Shown here piece after piece: positions 13,185-26,499 of a stretch of DNA of 64,000 bases. The stretch comes from Lama glama. Taxonomy: Eukaryota. How positions within the stretch are numbered: the stretch's first letter is position 1; each line of letters opens with the position of its first letter. The stretch covers positions 33,482,001 through 33,546,000 of the forward strand of contig CM052816.1 in assembly GCA_028534125.1 (NCBI GenBank). Direction: 5' to 3'. A model generated the notes under the pieces. That model had not been told where the DNA came from. It saw only the letters and a program-made list of their open reading frames with translations, and made no database searches. The position numbers and the translations under genes were made by a program.

Positions 13185-13625
13185 CTATATCAGTTAGGTT
13201 TGGGTTGCAGGAAAGAAAATGCATTCCAGCTCTTTTAAACAAAGAAGTTAATACAGGAAACTAGGAGTCTGCAAAATCATTGGCAGGACTGGAGTAGCAG
13301 GCTTTGGGTTAGGACACCAGGAGCGAATCCCAGAACAAGATTGAAAAACTTTCCCCTATACCACCATCAGGAATTTTTGGACTTTCAGATCCATGGATCT
13401 GGAAGCCACCGATACTTCTGCTTTGTCTCTTGACACATACCAAACTAGCACCCTGGCTGTAGAATGCTGTGATTTAAAAAAATCAAACAAACAAAACTTC
13501 TCTACAACGTACTTGCCAGTATCAACAACACTGCAGAAACGCTGTCCTCACTTTACTCTCTCCTTCCAGATTCTACTTGAATGTATATAAATGGCAGGAC
13601 CAAATCACATCCAGAAACTAAGTAA
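13185..13625 (-). mobile_element. Old MaLR-type (MLT1-group) LTR
   Basis: atcagttaggtttgggttgcaggaaagaaaa..ctcttttaaacaaag resembles the reverse complement of an MLT1 3' end. Subfamily uncertain. Confidence 0.5.
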
Positions 13626-14699
13626 AGTCTAAAGAAAATTCCAAAAAAAACCCAGTCCTCTCCACTACTGGTGTCATAGCAACAATACAACCAATACTGA
13701 TTCTCGATTAATATTCTGAAGAAGTATACCCAAGCACTCTGAATTCTGTTCTGTGTTTTAATTAAAATTCTCAGAGGTCCACAGTGAGATAATGTTTCCT
13801 CTCTAGCTCGCTTCCTTTCTGGTTTTGGTCTCTGCCAATTTGCATGTGGAGCTTACTGTGCCACAGTTACCATCTGTTTAAATAACCCACATCTCAGAGA
13901 TTTACAGGGCTGCACGTGTCTCAGCAAACCTTTCAGTTTGGAGATCTAGGTCAGTCAGCCTAGATCTTTAACAGAACAGTTGGCTTTCCTATAGCAATAA
14001 CTGTATTTAGAATTTTGGAATGTTCATTTTCTTTGCCAAGTTCTTGATTGATCATCTGCATATATTTTAATTATAATAAAACAGCATGATAGAGAGGAAG
14101 AAGCATGGGTATAAAAGACAAGACTTTTAGTAGGCCTCTTAAAACCTGGTTAACAACTAGGTTACACAACTAACAGACTTATTTTGAGACTCAGAAAGAC
14201 AGTTAAAAGAATTTGAACTACTAAATTCTTTTTCTGCCTTTCAGTATACAATAATACTTGTCCAGTGATTTTGGAATGCTTCTTCATATCAAGCTTCTAA
14301 TTTCCTAAAGCTGATTTTTAAAACTAAGAGGTTATCACTGTTATCTGGTACACTATCAGAAGAATCATTTAAAAGCTTGTTATGTTTCAAGATGGGCCCC
14401 CTCTTTGGTATTTGGGGAATGTTATTCCATTGTAAACCACAATCAGATACATGAAAACAGACATTTTGAAAAACATTCTTGGGCTCTTTATGAAAAATGC
14501 CTTCTAATGCTTTTGTTTATAGGCTGCACACATAAAATTGACAATTTGGTTTTAATACTGTCTGACTTCAATATTACTCTAAATACAAGCTCTGTAATGC
14601 CCCTTCTTCTTACAGATATCTCCAATCCACTCACCAATTAAATCTAGTCACGAGTAGCTCTATCATCCATTGAACTTAGTCATTCCTAGTTATATTCCA

Positions 14700-14960
14700 A
14701 AATTCAAATAGCATTTATGGAATGTCTAGCTAAGTGCCAGACACAGAGGTAGGTATGAAGGACACAAGGATAAATACCACATAATTCTCACCCTCAAAGC
14801 ACTCAAAATCTATTGGAGAATACATACACACAAACACACACTAAACATACACACACATGTACATGTTTGCTTGAGCAATGCAAACAAAAACACAATAGTG
14901 ATGAGTGCCATATATGCAGTATAAAAAATAAAGTTCTGCAGGAGCTCTTAAAGAAAAGCA
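14700..14960 (-). mobile_element. L2 3' fragment
   Basis: ttcaaatagcatttatggaatgtcta..gtgccagacac..gacacaaggataaat..ctcaccctcaaagcactca is typical reverse-complement L2 3' sequence. Confidence 0.65.
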
Positions 14961-17864
14961 GTTCATTAACAATGGGAGTCAGATTTGCTGAATTAACTGT
15001 ACTTTGACACAAAGTAAATAGTTCTATTCTATAACTGTTAATTATTTCTATCATATAAAGAAAAAAATCACTTTCAGAGAAAATTTTACTCCCTCCCTCT
15101 GGCTCATCTGTGCTTGGTTTGAGCATCCTTCAGAGTGTAGCATCTGGCTTTATTGTAAACGGATTTGATGGGTCAGGGCTGGAGCTGATTGGCAGAGGCA
15201 GCTTAAGATCTGCAAAAAGTGGTCTCAGTGTTGCTATAGTAACAGAGCTCCTGCTTGCAAGTGGCTCAGTCAGGGTTTGTCATATTGAACTGCAGTCACT
15301 GAGCCAGGTACCCAGGTCCTTCTGAACCTTAGCCTGGCCTCACTCCTTTTTCCCAGAAATATCCATTATTCTATCCTGATTTCTCAGGTTAATCAACACA
15401 ATCAATTCAAACCTACGACGAAGTTTGCTTCAACAAATGAAATTTAGGATGCAAACTGGGCTCATTTCAGGTAAATGACACTAGTTCATCTCTGAGAAAG
15501 CCCCTATGTTGCAATACCACAATGGGGTGCCATTCATACTAGGCCTGTGCTCCAGGGGGCATCATTCACTAGAATATTCTCTGAGGGTTCTCCCCAGAGG
15601 CTTTATTGAGGTACCCTACTACCATTGAGTTAGTCTTAAGGCACTTTACAGGCCTTTCTAGAACTCTATAGGATCACTTCTTTCCTATGAAAAGAGACCT
15701 GTTATATACAGATTTTTGTAGACTTTTTTATAATCACTTTGAAATCATCCCTTTTTTTTCCCCTCATTTTTTTGAAAAGAAAAGAACTGAGCAATTTTCT
15801 GCAGGAAGCAGAGACCCCATTTAAGATGCCTGGTAAGTCTTGATAAGAAAATAAACAATTATAAATTCATAGCACTTAGTAAACATTTGTATATTTAGTT
15901 CTCTTAACTGTCAATTCACATAGACCTAACAGTATCTCTGTTTATAATATTATAATGTAACACTATATAAATTGTGTTATGAATTTGAATGTTACAAAAG
16001 CTCATTTCTTTTACACTTTTCATTAAATTAAAGATATTAGTAATTGAGAAATGCCCTTTCTCAAATTATTTTGAACTATTTAAGCTTCACTGCAAAACAA
16101 AACAAAACGAAATGAAACAAAAAAACAACCAAACAAATGTTCAATTCTCCAAATTTCTTACTGAAACTCATTGCTGCATAAATCTGAAAAATGCAATGAT
16201 TACATGAGTTTGGGTCGATATTTTTTCCCATACGAAAGTAGGAATGCCTAAGTGTCTGTGGGTATGCAAGTGACTCCTAAGCTCCCAAGCATACTCTTAA
16301 CTGACCACTGTGTAAAGTGCTGTAATCATTCATCGAAGAGGGAAGCAAAGGCAAAACTCCTGCTCTCATGGAAACTATCATCTCAGTTAGGAGAAATAAA
16401 GCATGGAGAGGAATGACCTAAAAACATTATTACACCTACAGAAACATAAAGTAACAGAGTAAGTCGATTTTTTAAGTTCTAACATGGCAGAGCTTCACCA
16501 CATATTGGCTTTTCCTTTCTCTGAGTAATACCACATCCTAAAAGTAAATAATTATTACCCATAATAATCAAGCACTGCCTCTGGAAGTACTGAATTAAAA
16601 ATATTTCCAGGTTCACATTATTTATACATATAATAATATTAATATTATATATAATAATATTATATATAAATAATGTGAAGGCTTTATATATACACACACA
16701 CATATACAGGCTAAGTCTTATAATACATTATAAATTCTCACCAATAAGAAGCAGTTTATAGTTATTTGGTCCTCTAAGCATCAATAAAAGTAATGATACT
16801 ATAAAACGTATGAAATGGTACATGCCATGTAGAAATTACAGTTGAGATACACAAAGAATTGCATAAAATCAACCTAGAGAAGAAAACTGTGACTGAGTTT
16901 CATGACCAGTGTTTAAAAATTTATAATTTGTGGGGGGTTTTAATGCCTAAAAACTATATTGATTACAAGTTAATGCTGACTCTTTACCCCGTTGGAGCTG
17001 CTGAAATTTATGACTCTTTACCAAAATTGAAATCATTGTAAATCTTATTATGGGAACTTTGAGAAGGAAGGTAAAAGGGAAATAAAAATAAAATGGCTCC
17101 AAGTTAGTCGAAATTGCAACAGGCACTGGCTGAGTGAAATATTACCTTTATTCCCAGAAAATCAGTTTGCAGGGAGTCTCTGTGATGTATTATGCTCCTA
17201 ATGCTTTATGACACAGCATACCCACATGCGACTGTTTTATTCAATGGATATTTTTTAGCCAGTTGCTACAAAACAAGCCAAGCACTTTTTTCCAGCTTCT
17301 ACTAGATTCAGTTTAAGTGGTTGAAAGCCCGCAGCCTCCAAAACCACAGCTGACATCTCTAGAATGCAAATACCTCATTACTCATGGAGCTTCAGGTGCT
17401 GTATCTGTAAAATGTAGTTTCTCAAAGTTTATCACCCATGTGTTAAAATCTTAATGAAAATTAAATAGATAAGAGGTAACTTTCCAATACTATATTTTGG
17501 GCTATGAGAGCACATCTCTTGGAAATGGAAATTCAGTCAAGTGGTGATTTTCATTTAAAACAGATAATTTAAAAAAAAAACAGATAATTTCAATCCAGCA
17601 AAACATTGTCTATGGCAAAGAAATAGAAATACACATGCTTAATTTTAAGATCAAATTGCTTATAGTCTTTGAAGGTTAAAAGGAGCCAAACTCTTAGATG
17701 GGGAAGGACCACAAGTAAATGATAACAGAAAGATGGATGAAAATCATATTTTTAAAAACGTTCCAGTAAGGATTCTTCTTTCTTAACATCTCTGATGTTT
17801 AACTATGTTTATGACAGAGAAGTTATTTCTATTATCTGACCCTTCATTAAGGATGGGATGGGAT

Positions 17865-19560
17865 CAAGATGGCAGAATAAGAACTCATTGAAGCCTTTCA
17901 TCCCACTCCAAATCTATATAAATGATAGAAATACATTTGGAAAGCAAAACATTACTTAAGTGAACAAGAAATATTTAAATGACAAAATTCAGACTGGACA
18001 AAAAAGATGGAGAACAGCTCCAAGGGAGCTGTAAGCTTGGGGTTGGGGGCAACAGGTACACTACCAATTAGGGAAGTAGTGGTGGCCCAGGGACTAAGGG
18101 TGGTTGGCTGCATCACCACTTATGTGCCTTCTCATAGCAAAATCTGCCTCTGCATAATCTGCAAACTTTACTTATTTCCCAAGGAGGAACCAGGGGTGCC
18201 TGACTCCAGGGTGACTCGAGCAGGCATGGCCTTACAGAGTTCCCAGAGCTGGCCCCTCATGGTCCAGAAATGAGATACCCCATCCCCACACATCTCCTGC
18301 CACTTTTTCACAATCACTGGTATGGAAGCACAAGATGCTGTAAAAAGGTCCCAAATTCACAAAGGTGAAACAGAACATGGAGTTACAATGTGAAAGAGAA
18401 CCCAATACACAGAAAAGAAAATAGAACAAAAAGAAGTAATACATTTAATTGAACAAATAACCCTCCATGTGGTTTAAAAATATTCTCTATCACACACAGA
18501 AAACCAATGAGATCTTAGAAATGAAAAAAAATTTACTTAACAACTGATTAGATAGCCTAAGAAACAAAAGAGGTGTAACTGAAGAGTGAATTAGCTCAAG
18601 AGAAATAAGTGCATATGTCCATAAAATATCTGTTTAAGAACATTCACATAGATTTTTTCATTCTAGTCTAAATATTCATCAACAAAAGTCTGGATAAACA
18701 AATTATAATATATTATATAATGACATACTTCTCAGAAAGGAACAAATTATTGAGACAGACATCATCATAAAAAACAATCTCATAGACATATTGAATGAAA
18801 GAAAGCAGACACAAAAGAGCATACACTACATAATTTCATTTATATGAAGTTCATAAATGGGCAGAACTATCTTATGGTGATAGAACTATCAAAATATTGG
18901 TTGTCTCCAGTGGAGGATGGGGACTGCCTAGAAGGAGGCCCAAAAGGATTTTCTGAAATCACGGGACTGTTTTTTATATCTTAATTGGTGTTAAGTACTT
19001 GGGATCTGTGAATTTTAAAGCACATAGTCAATAAAAAAAGAGTGAGGAAGTCAGGGGGGAAACTGAGCAAAGAAAGTATGCCAAAATGCAACAAAAAAGG
19101 AAGATAAAATGACAGCTGACTGGAGGAAATGCTTCAATAAATTATAACAGAACATTTCTTGAATCTCAGTAAAGACATTAGCCCTCACAATAAAAGAGAT
19201 GAAAGAATATAGAGGATAAGCAGATAAAGATCACAGTTAATCTGGGAACACTCAGAATAAAGAAAAAAATACTAAGCTTCCAGTTAAAACACTGAAGAAA
19301 ACAAAATTAATACTAAATTTAAACCGAATTCTCAATAATGTTTGATACAAGAGGACAGTGGAATGATATTTTTAAAGTTAAGAGACTTACTACTTTGAAC
19401 TTAGAATTCTGTGCTCCTAAGCTATAATTCAAATGTGAAAGTAAAGACATTATTAAGTATGTGAAACTCAAAGTTTATCACTCTCAGACACAATCTGAAA
19501 GAATTACTACAGGTGACACTACAGTAAAATAAAAAATAAATAAAAGAAGAAAGCAGAACA
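17865..19560 (+). mobile_element. Old L1 5'UTR and ORF1 remnant, interrupted by an L1M 3' fragment at about 18600-19030
   Basis: Begins CAAGATGGC (YY1 site typical of L1 5' ends). 19250-19460 resembles ORF1 motifs (KEKIL.AS; GQWNDIFKV; RIL..KL.FK). Confidence 0.62.
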
Positions 19561-19770
19561 TGGAAGTAGTGGTGAGCAAAGAAAACAGTAAAATGAATGT
19601 TTGAGTGTAAATAAGTATAAACTGTAGGTTTTTAAAACTATAGTAACAATTTGTAATTTAAATCCCAGGTGTTATAAACATGAGAAGTGTCAAGGAAAGG
19701 AAGGAAGAAGAAAATTAAAACACCCTCAGATTCTGGTCTTATCTGGAGAGAACAGAGCTACTGAATAACT

Positions 19771-19834
19771 CTTTATCCAGTCATCTGTCGATGGACATTT
19801 AGGTTGTTTCCATGTCTTGGCTATTGTAAATAGC
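19771..19834 (-). mobile_element. Short internal L1 ORF2 fragment
   Basis: Reverse complement gctatttacaatagccaagacatggaaacaacctaaatgtccatcgacagatgactggataaag aligns to 2755-2817. Confidence 0.85.
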
Positions 19835-20159
19835 AGCATGTCTATTTTAAAAAAGAAGGGAAGGAGAAGAAACTAGGAATAAAAAGGGGAAATTCAAAAT
19901 AGTTGAGATTTATAAAAAAAAATGATAGAAGAACACTATGAGAGGGCTATTTTTCCTTGTCTATTAAAATTTTAAATATTCTTACATGTTAACCCAAAGA
20001 TTTTTTTATCAGAGTCCACCCTAGACACGTCCACACATATATACATAGAGACATACAAGAAACTATTCACTGTGACATCGTCATAGTGTGACCTTGGAAA
20101 TAAACTAAATGTCCATCAGAAAGAGAATAGTTAAATAAAGTAAATACATTTCTATACTA

Positions 20160-20688
20160 ATCATTCATTCACATTTATTGAACATCAATTATGGGCTAGC
20201 TACTGTAGTAGGTCCTAAGAACATATCAGTGAACAAACTCTGAAAGTAAGTTCTACATTCTGGTGGAGGAAGACAGATAATGAAAAAATAAATCTATTAC
20301 ATGCCAGGGAGTGGTAAGTGTTAGGAAGAAAAATGAAGCAGGTTAAAGGGAGATAGGCTGATGAGAGAAAGAGAGAGAGAGCGCGGGAGAGAAAGAGAAG
20401 GAGAGACTGACTGGGAGGGTGCGGGAGACGGAGAGGAACAGCAGAAAGTTTCTGATGAGGCATGTTTGGGTGGAGACTTGAATGAAGTAACGGAATGAAG
20501 CAAGAAAACATTTAGGAGTGGAGCTTTTCATGCAGGAGACAGATGGGACTATGTTCAGTGTGTTCTAGAAACATCAAGGCATACCCATTGAGGCTGGAAA
20601 GGAGGGAAGCAAGAAGGATAATGGATGAAGTGGCCATATTCCATGGATCCCATCAGGTAAGGATATAGGATTTTATTTTAAGTTGATT
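20160..20688 (-). mobile_element. L2 3' region nested within an old L1M fragment (about 20040-20160 and 20689-20990)
   Basis: Starts tcattcattcacatttattgaacatc (L2 tail, reverse complement). L1-like aaataaagtaaatacatttctatac and ataccatacagctattaaaa lie on either side. Confidence 0.72.
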
Positions 20689-21989
20689 GGATACCATACA
20701 GCTATTAAAATACACATCCTGGTACAGAGTCTGCTGGACACACAGACTAACAAAAAAGCTTATATATTATGCTTGTAACATCTTTTACATTAAAAACATG
20801 CACACTAGACAAAGCTAAAATGTCCTATGTGCATATAAATGTATAAAAACACATTTTTTTTAAAGCTGGAAGAATACATTCCAAAAAGGTGAAACTGGGG
20901 ATGGCTCTAGAATGGGAGTAGCAGTCAAGAGGGATTTTAGTAAATCAATACATTTATTATTTGTTAAATTAAAAATTAGATGAATAAAAGTAATGATCAC
21001 CTTTAACTATTCAGCAAAACTTTGTATCCCTAAAGAATGAGTATTTTTGTTATACTCTTCTCCAGTTGAGCTCTTTGAAATCTTACGTAAATTTTTATAT
21101 AAATGGTATGTGAATATGATAATTACTCACAAAAACTGACTTTTTCTGGAAAATTCTACGTGACTTTTGTGTGTGTGTGCATGTGTTCTCTGAAAGGTTT
21201 CATGTCATCAGCAGGAGATGGTAGGAAATATGAAACGAAGAAAGAAATCATAATGAAAATCATGAGTGATGACTGGTGCAGAGATTAACAGTCATATAAT
21301 TTATTTACACAACAATGTGTCCAATACAACAAAAGTTTCTAGGCTTACAGAAAGGTGAGTCACAGTAAGGCACCTCTTCATAAGGACTCCTGACTCAAGA
21401 AAGCACAGAAACAGACCTGGCACTTATGTACCCTCATGGAAAGACAATCCTTTAGATGGCTACTGATGATTAAGTTGAAGCCATAGTCCCCTAAATCATA
21501 ACAATCATCTGAATATTTCAGAGTGAAGAAAAGTGATGTACATAATCTAATGATACGGTGTGGATGGCCCTAGGAAATTAATTTTCTTATTGCCAACTAC
21601 TTCATAAACACTGCATAGAGACAAGGATATACAGATAAATGACTTAAAACCTTTTTAAAACAATGGCTTCTTTAAAAGTTTTCTGTAAACTCTGTAGAAA
21701 TACCCATGACTCTCTTTCTATCAAAGCCACGTTTCCTACTAGAGAATTTATTTTAATTCATTCAAACTAGCACTCATTTTGCAATTTTGTTGAAATACTT
21801 GAACAATTTTATTTACAACACTCCCCAGTAATTAATTATCTTAATTACAAAAATTCAAATATGTAACATTAACCTAGTTTCTAATTTGCAATTACTGGCA
21901 TAGTGCATGACATGAATATGTTAAGTCTAGTGTTAAGTTTTATGTGAATTTAAGTAAGCTACAGTCTCTCAAGATTATGGTCCCATAAT

Positions 21990-22200
21990 ATAGTGTTCAA
22001 TCTAGATTCAAATCTAGTTTTCTGCCACTTAACAGCTGCACATCCTTGAGAAATTTATTTAACCTCTTCGTACTTCAGTTTTCTTACCTACAAACTGAGG
22101 AGATAAAATTTACCTCTTGAGTTATTATTGAGGGAATCACAATTTTTTCTGGGAATCACCATATAGTAAGTGATTACCTAATATACATGAAAATGTTAAT
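21990..22200 (+). mobile_element. MIR SINE
   Basis: ttcaaatctag..tctgccacttaacagctg..ccttgagaaatttatttaacctct..cttcagttttcttacctacaaactgagga. Confidence 0.8.
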
Positions 22201-23599
22201 ACCATTGTTGGCATCTATATGTTGATTCCCTTCCCTACAGCATAATATAGTTAAAGACTGAAAGAAAGGAAAGGAGAGATCATGGAAGGAAGAAAGCAAT
22301 AGTGGTCTGTGAGATTCTTTTAAAAGACCCAGTGAAGAATTCAGCTGGTGAACTCTTTAACAGAATTAAAGCAAAGAATTTCAGAAATCATAATTGGAAC
22401 AAAAATTTTCATGACATCTCTCTGGATATCTGATCTTTATGGCAAATTACTCATCTTTTAAGTTCACTCAGTAACCACACAACCACAAACACGTGCGTGC
22501 ACGCACACACACACACAAAACCAGGGCTGTCTATGGGCTAGACATGATAATTAGGACTATAACCACCGGGGCAAAAAAGACATACCCTATGCCCTCTAAG
22601 AGTTTATAGGTTAGGAGACATGCAGAGAAGACTTACCAGGGTATCTAAAAAGACCACTGAAGAACAGAGGGAGATAGACAGTGCTTCACTAAGCAAGCAG
22701 TAAGGAAACCCCCATGACATGTGGATGATGGTGTCCATTTTGTTCTGTTCCTTTGCTTAAGCTTCAAATACAGAGCATATATGAATTTTATGACATGTTT
22801 AGAGAACCAGTGTCCTGGTAAGAAAACTTGAGAACTAAACAAGAGAGGGGAAATTTATGATTAAGACAGGGAAAAATGAAGCAAGGACAAAGTACAAGAC
22901 CAATCAAAATCTAAGGTGTAATCTTGTCAAAAATTAGGATGATTTTTTTCTATGAACTTACTTGTATGGTACAACTTACAAAAAATAGGCACTGAGCAAA
23001 GAATACTGTCATTAAAATACTATGATTATTTTAGTAACCACTAAAAGATACGCCTACCTACTGCTTGCTGTGATCTGACATCCATCTAACTTCCATCCTC
23101 TTGCTCCCCTTTCCTTCCACTAGCCAATCCAATCATACCTATTTGGTCTACTGAAGCAATGTGGTAGAGGAACTCAAGTAAACTGCAGTGCAAATGTAGC
23201 TGACTGGTCCATTCTGCTTCAATAACTACACACTGGTTAACATGGGCACCATGGGCCAGCCCCTTGTCAAGTGATTTATCCTTACTGTGCTCTTCGAATC
23301 CTCATATATGGTAGACCCTCTTGTGATCTTTATCTTAGTAGTGACGAAATCGAAACACAGAGGTTTATCAACACACTCAAGGTCCTACAGTTTAAAATGT
23401 GTTACCTATATCTTATTCAAATTCCATGATCTTAAACACTATATGTATCCACAGACTTGTATTCATTCAGCAAATATTAGATAATTATAATACACTAAGC
23501 ACTCTACTTGGCAGAGTTGCAGGGTAGAGAAGCTGGAAATCCAGGTTGCAGGGTAGAGAAGCTGCACAACTAAACTGATGCAAGCTGAGGTTTGCCAGG

Positions 23600-24010
23600 C
23601 TAGTAAAGTGAAGAATGATGAGGAATTGAGGGTATTTTCAAGAGAGTATGAAGGCGTGGTTCATGGAATTTAAGAGAAATGAGAAAGAAAGGAGCAAGGG
23701 GAAGCTGACAGGCATGAAGGGAATTGAGGAGCCAAAGGCTGAAGAAGAAAGAGTATTTTAAAGAGCAATCATGTGAGAAAGTGAAAAGCAGAGGCTGTGC
23801 TCCAAGACTGGGATGTAGGAGTCAATACTTTCAGATGTGCAGCCATTCTGTAATTAGGTGAAGGTCACTGAGGACTGACGATGAGGATTCCAGAGGCCAG
23901 GGTGGTAGCGGTCACCGGAGGGAGAAAGCAAATGTGATCTAAGCACTTTAGTGGTTCAGGGTAAGAGAGACTGGTAGTGAAGAGATGGACAGGAAAGAGA
24001 AAGGGTAGTG
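23600..24010 (-). mobile_element. Degenerate L2 internal fragment
   Basis: Purine-rich sequence with L2-like phrasing (gatgaggattccagaggccagggtggtag). Boundaries approximate. Confidence 0.45.
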
Positions 24011-26499
24011 GATGGGACAGTGAGAGCCTTATGTAGGAAAGAGCTTTACACAACCACTGACACCAGAACCTACATCTAATGTTTTTATTATTGTAACAGG
24101 GTTAACATTTTAAAAATATTGCCTATTGATGTGTTTTCATTTCTCTTCCCAGCAATTTCTGTTTTCAGCAGACATTCTGACATTATAACATCACGGAAGA
24201 GGAGGGGGGATGGAGAAGGATATGGCCCAGGAAGCCACTGTGAGGTTGGAGGAAGGAATGAAAGGCTGTCAGATCTGGCTTGGTCGGCTGTGGGAGCAGA
24301 GGAGAGATACTGGCAGAACTGGGAAGGGGCAGAGCATTATGCAAACTTTTAGGTAGGTATGGGGAGCTCTAAAACATTGGAAGGTGGCTAGTGGCACACT
24401 TCCCTGCATGTTGTCTGAGGAAGTGCTTCACGTGCCCACATCCAACACTGACACACAGCCAAGCACAAGTAGACGGATGTTGCACAAGAGGTGAACTGAG
24501 TTAGAACTCCGAGACCACCATGCTCGCTGTTAGGGCACACAGAGAATCCAGGAGAAGACGAGGAGGTGCTAACAGGGCTGCAGTGGGACTGAACAAGCAC
24601 AGTGAGCAGGGACTGTGTGGGCAAAGGCAGAGAGCCTGGGCCAGGGGCATCAGCTTTAAGTGTTCATGAGGTGCCCACGTTGTAAGCCGTGGCAGGCAGA
24701 CCCCAGCAGCCATCAACCTCAAAAGCAAATCAAACCCGCCCTTGCACAGCAAGGACCCAGGAAGGGCCAAAGAATGAGGATTGGTTATGTGATTCCCATT
24801 AGTCCCACTACGATACCACGTAAGTCCCATCTCTCATACAACCAGAAGCCACTTTAAAGATTTCCTCTCCAAAGGAAAGGAAAAAATATAAAAGACTGAA
24901 TATTCATTGAAAAAGACTGAGCTATCCAAAATAGGTTGCTTAAGTTAGAAGATAATATGATATAATAAATTATCAAATTTAAGGTTTACCTTTTCCATTC
25001 TTCCCAGTCAAACCCTTCACAAACCCCACTACTCAAAGCAGATCAGCTCATAAACAGGACATTAGGTACCTCCATTTTCTTGGCAAATATGCATACAGTG
25101 TGCAAGTTCAGTTGCAATGCACACAAACATTAAAAAGCATTTCTTCCAAGTTATCACTATTGGTAAGTATTAAAATACTTTTCAACTAAATTTCTCATAC
25201 CTTAATTTTATTTTGTTCTCTCTAGTCACATACCTCTACATCCTCAAATAAATCTTTCCTGCTTTTAGATTTTTCCTTTGTTGCTTATCATTATTTGTAC
25301 ATTACAACCTTTCTTAAACTGATGTAACTCAAGTTGTATGTATTTAGCTTTTTAAATTTTCCCCTTTAAATGAATCCCTGTTTCCTTAATTCTATTTTTT
25401 TCTGCTTTCCATGTCATCTCTTTATTTTTAATATCTTTCAGGTTTATAAGTAGCTAGAAAGGAACGCCCAGTGAGTGATGTCTCATTATAATAGGAGCAG
25501 AAAGAAATTATCCTTGACATGTCACACATCACACATCAGGCTTCTCAGCCATTAAATCACATCATAAATGTATACAATATGATTACCACTATCATTCCTC
25601 TTTCCTTTCTACTTACTATTTTTGGAGTTAAATCTGAGTTTAGCTGCCCTAAAACCTGCTGCACCAATGTTCAAAAGACCTAACCTATTCCCATTAATTT
25701 CCTGCAAATGTTAAAATTTCTTTGTACAAAGTAACAGTTTACACAGTAAAACTGAGTGGGGCATATGAGAAATCTCTTTACCTTTCTCTCAGTCTTGCCT
25801 TGAATCTAAAGCTGCTCTAAAAATATTGCCTTAAAAAATACTGAGTGGGGATCATTCATGGGCTGGTAACCCAAAGGACCCTTCTGGAGTGAAAATTTCA
25901 GCCTTCTCATTTTTCATATTAAAATTTGTTTCAGCTTCCCTGTTCCTTCTAAAGGATGAACATTTATATGTGTTATTTTGAAATGAATCTATTAAACCCC
26001 TTTTGTCTCCTAGGTCTATCACAAATTCTTATGTGAACAATAATTAAGATCTCTCAAAGTGGCTTTCAAGGGATTGGCCATTAAAGTATACCTTAGCAGC
26101 AATAAAAAATCAGTACTATGTTCATTGGAAGTAAAGCATATAAAAGGAGAATTGTTTATCCCCACTGGATCTAGTATTTTCACGAGTCTGGAAGTTCCCT
26201 TTACTACAAAAGAAGTAAAATTAATGAGCAGTAGAGCGCCTCCACCTGAAGCCTCCTCACATTGAAGTATACTGGGCCTAATTATACCACTCTACTTGCT
26301 GAGTGTGGAATTCCCACCAGGCTTCTCTTGGAAACCACTGACAACCTGAAGTATAGAGAAGGGAATACTGAGGAAAAACCATTCCTACTAATCAGTACCA
26401 TTTGTTACAAAAACTAATAAATAATACAGAGATCTGTAACTTTCTAAATCAATTAGAATATGCACACAACATCGCCATCAGTATTCTCACTAACATTTC

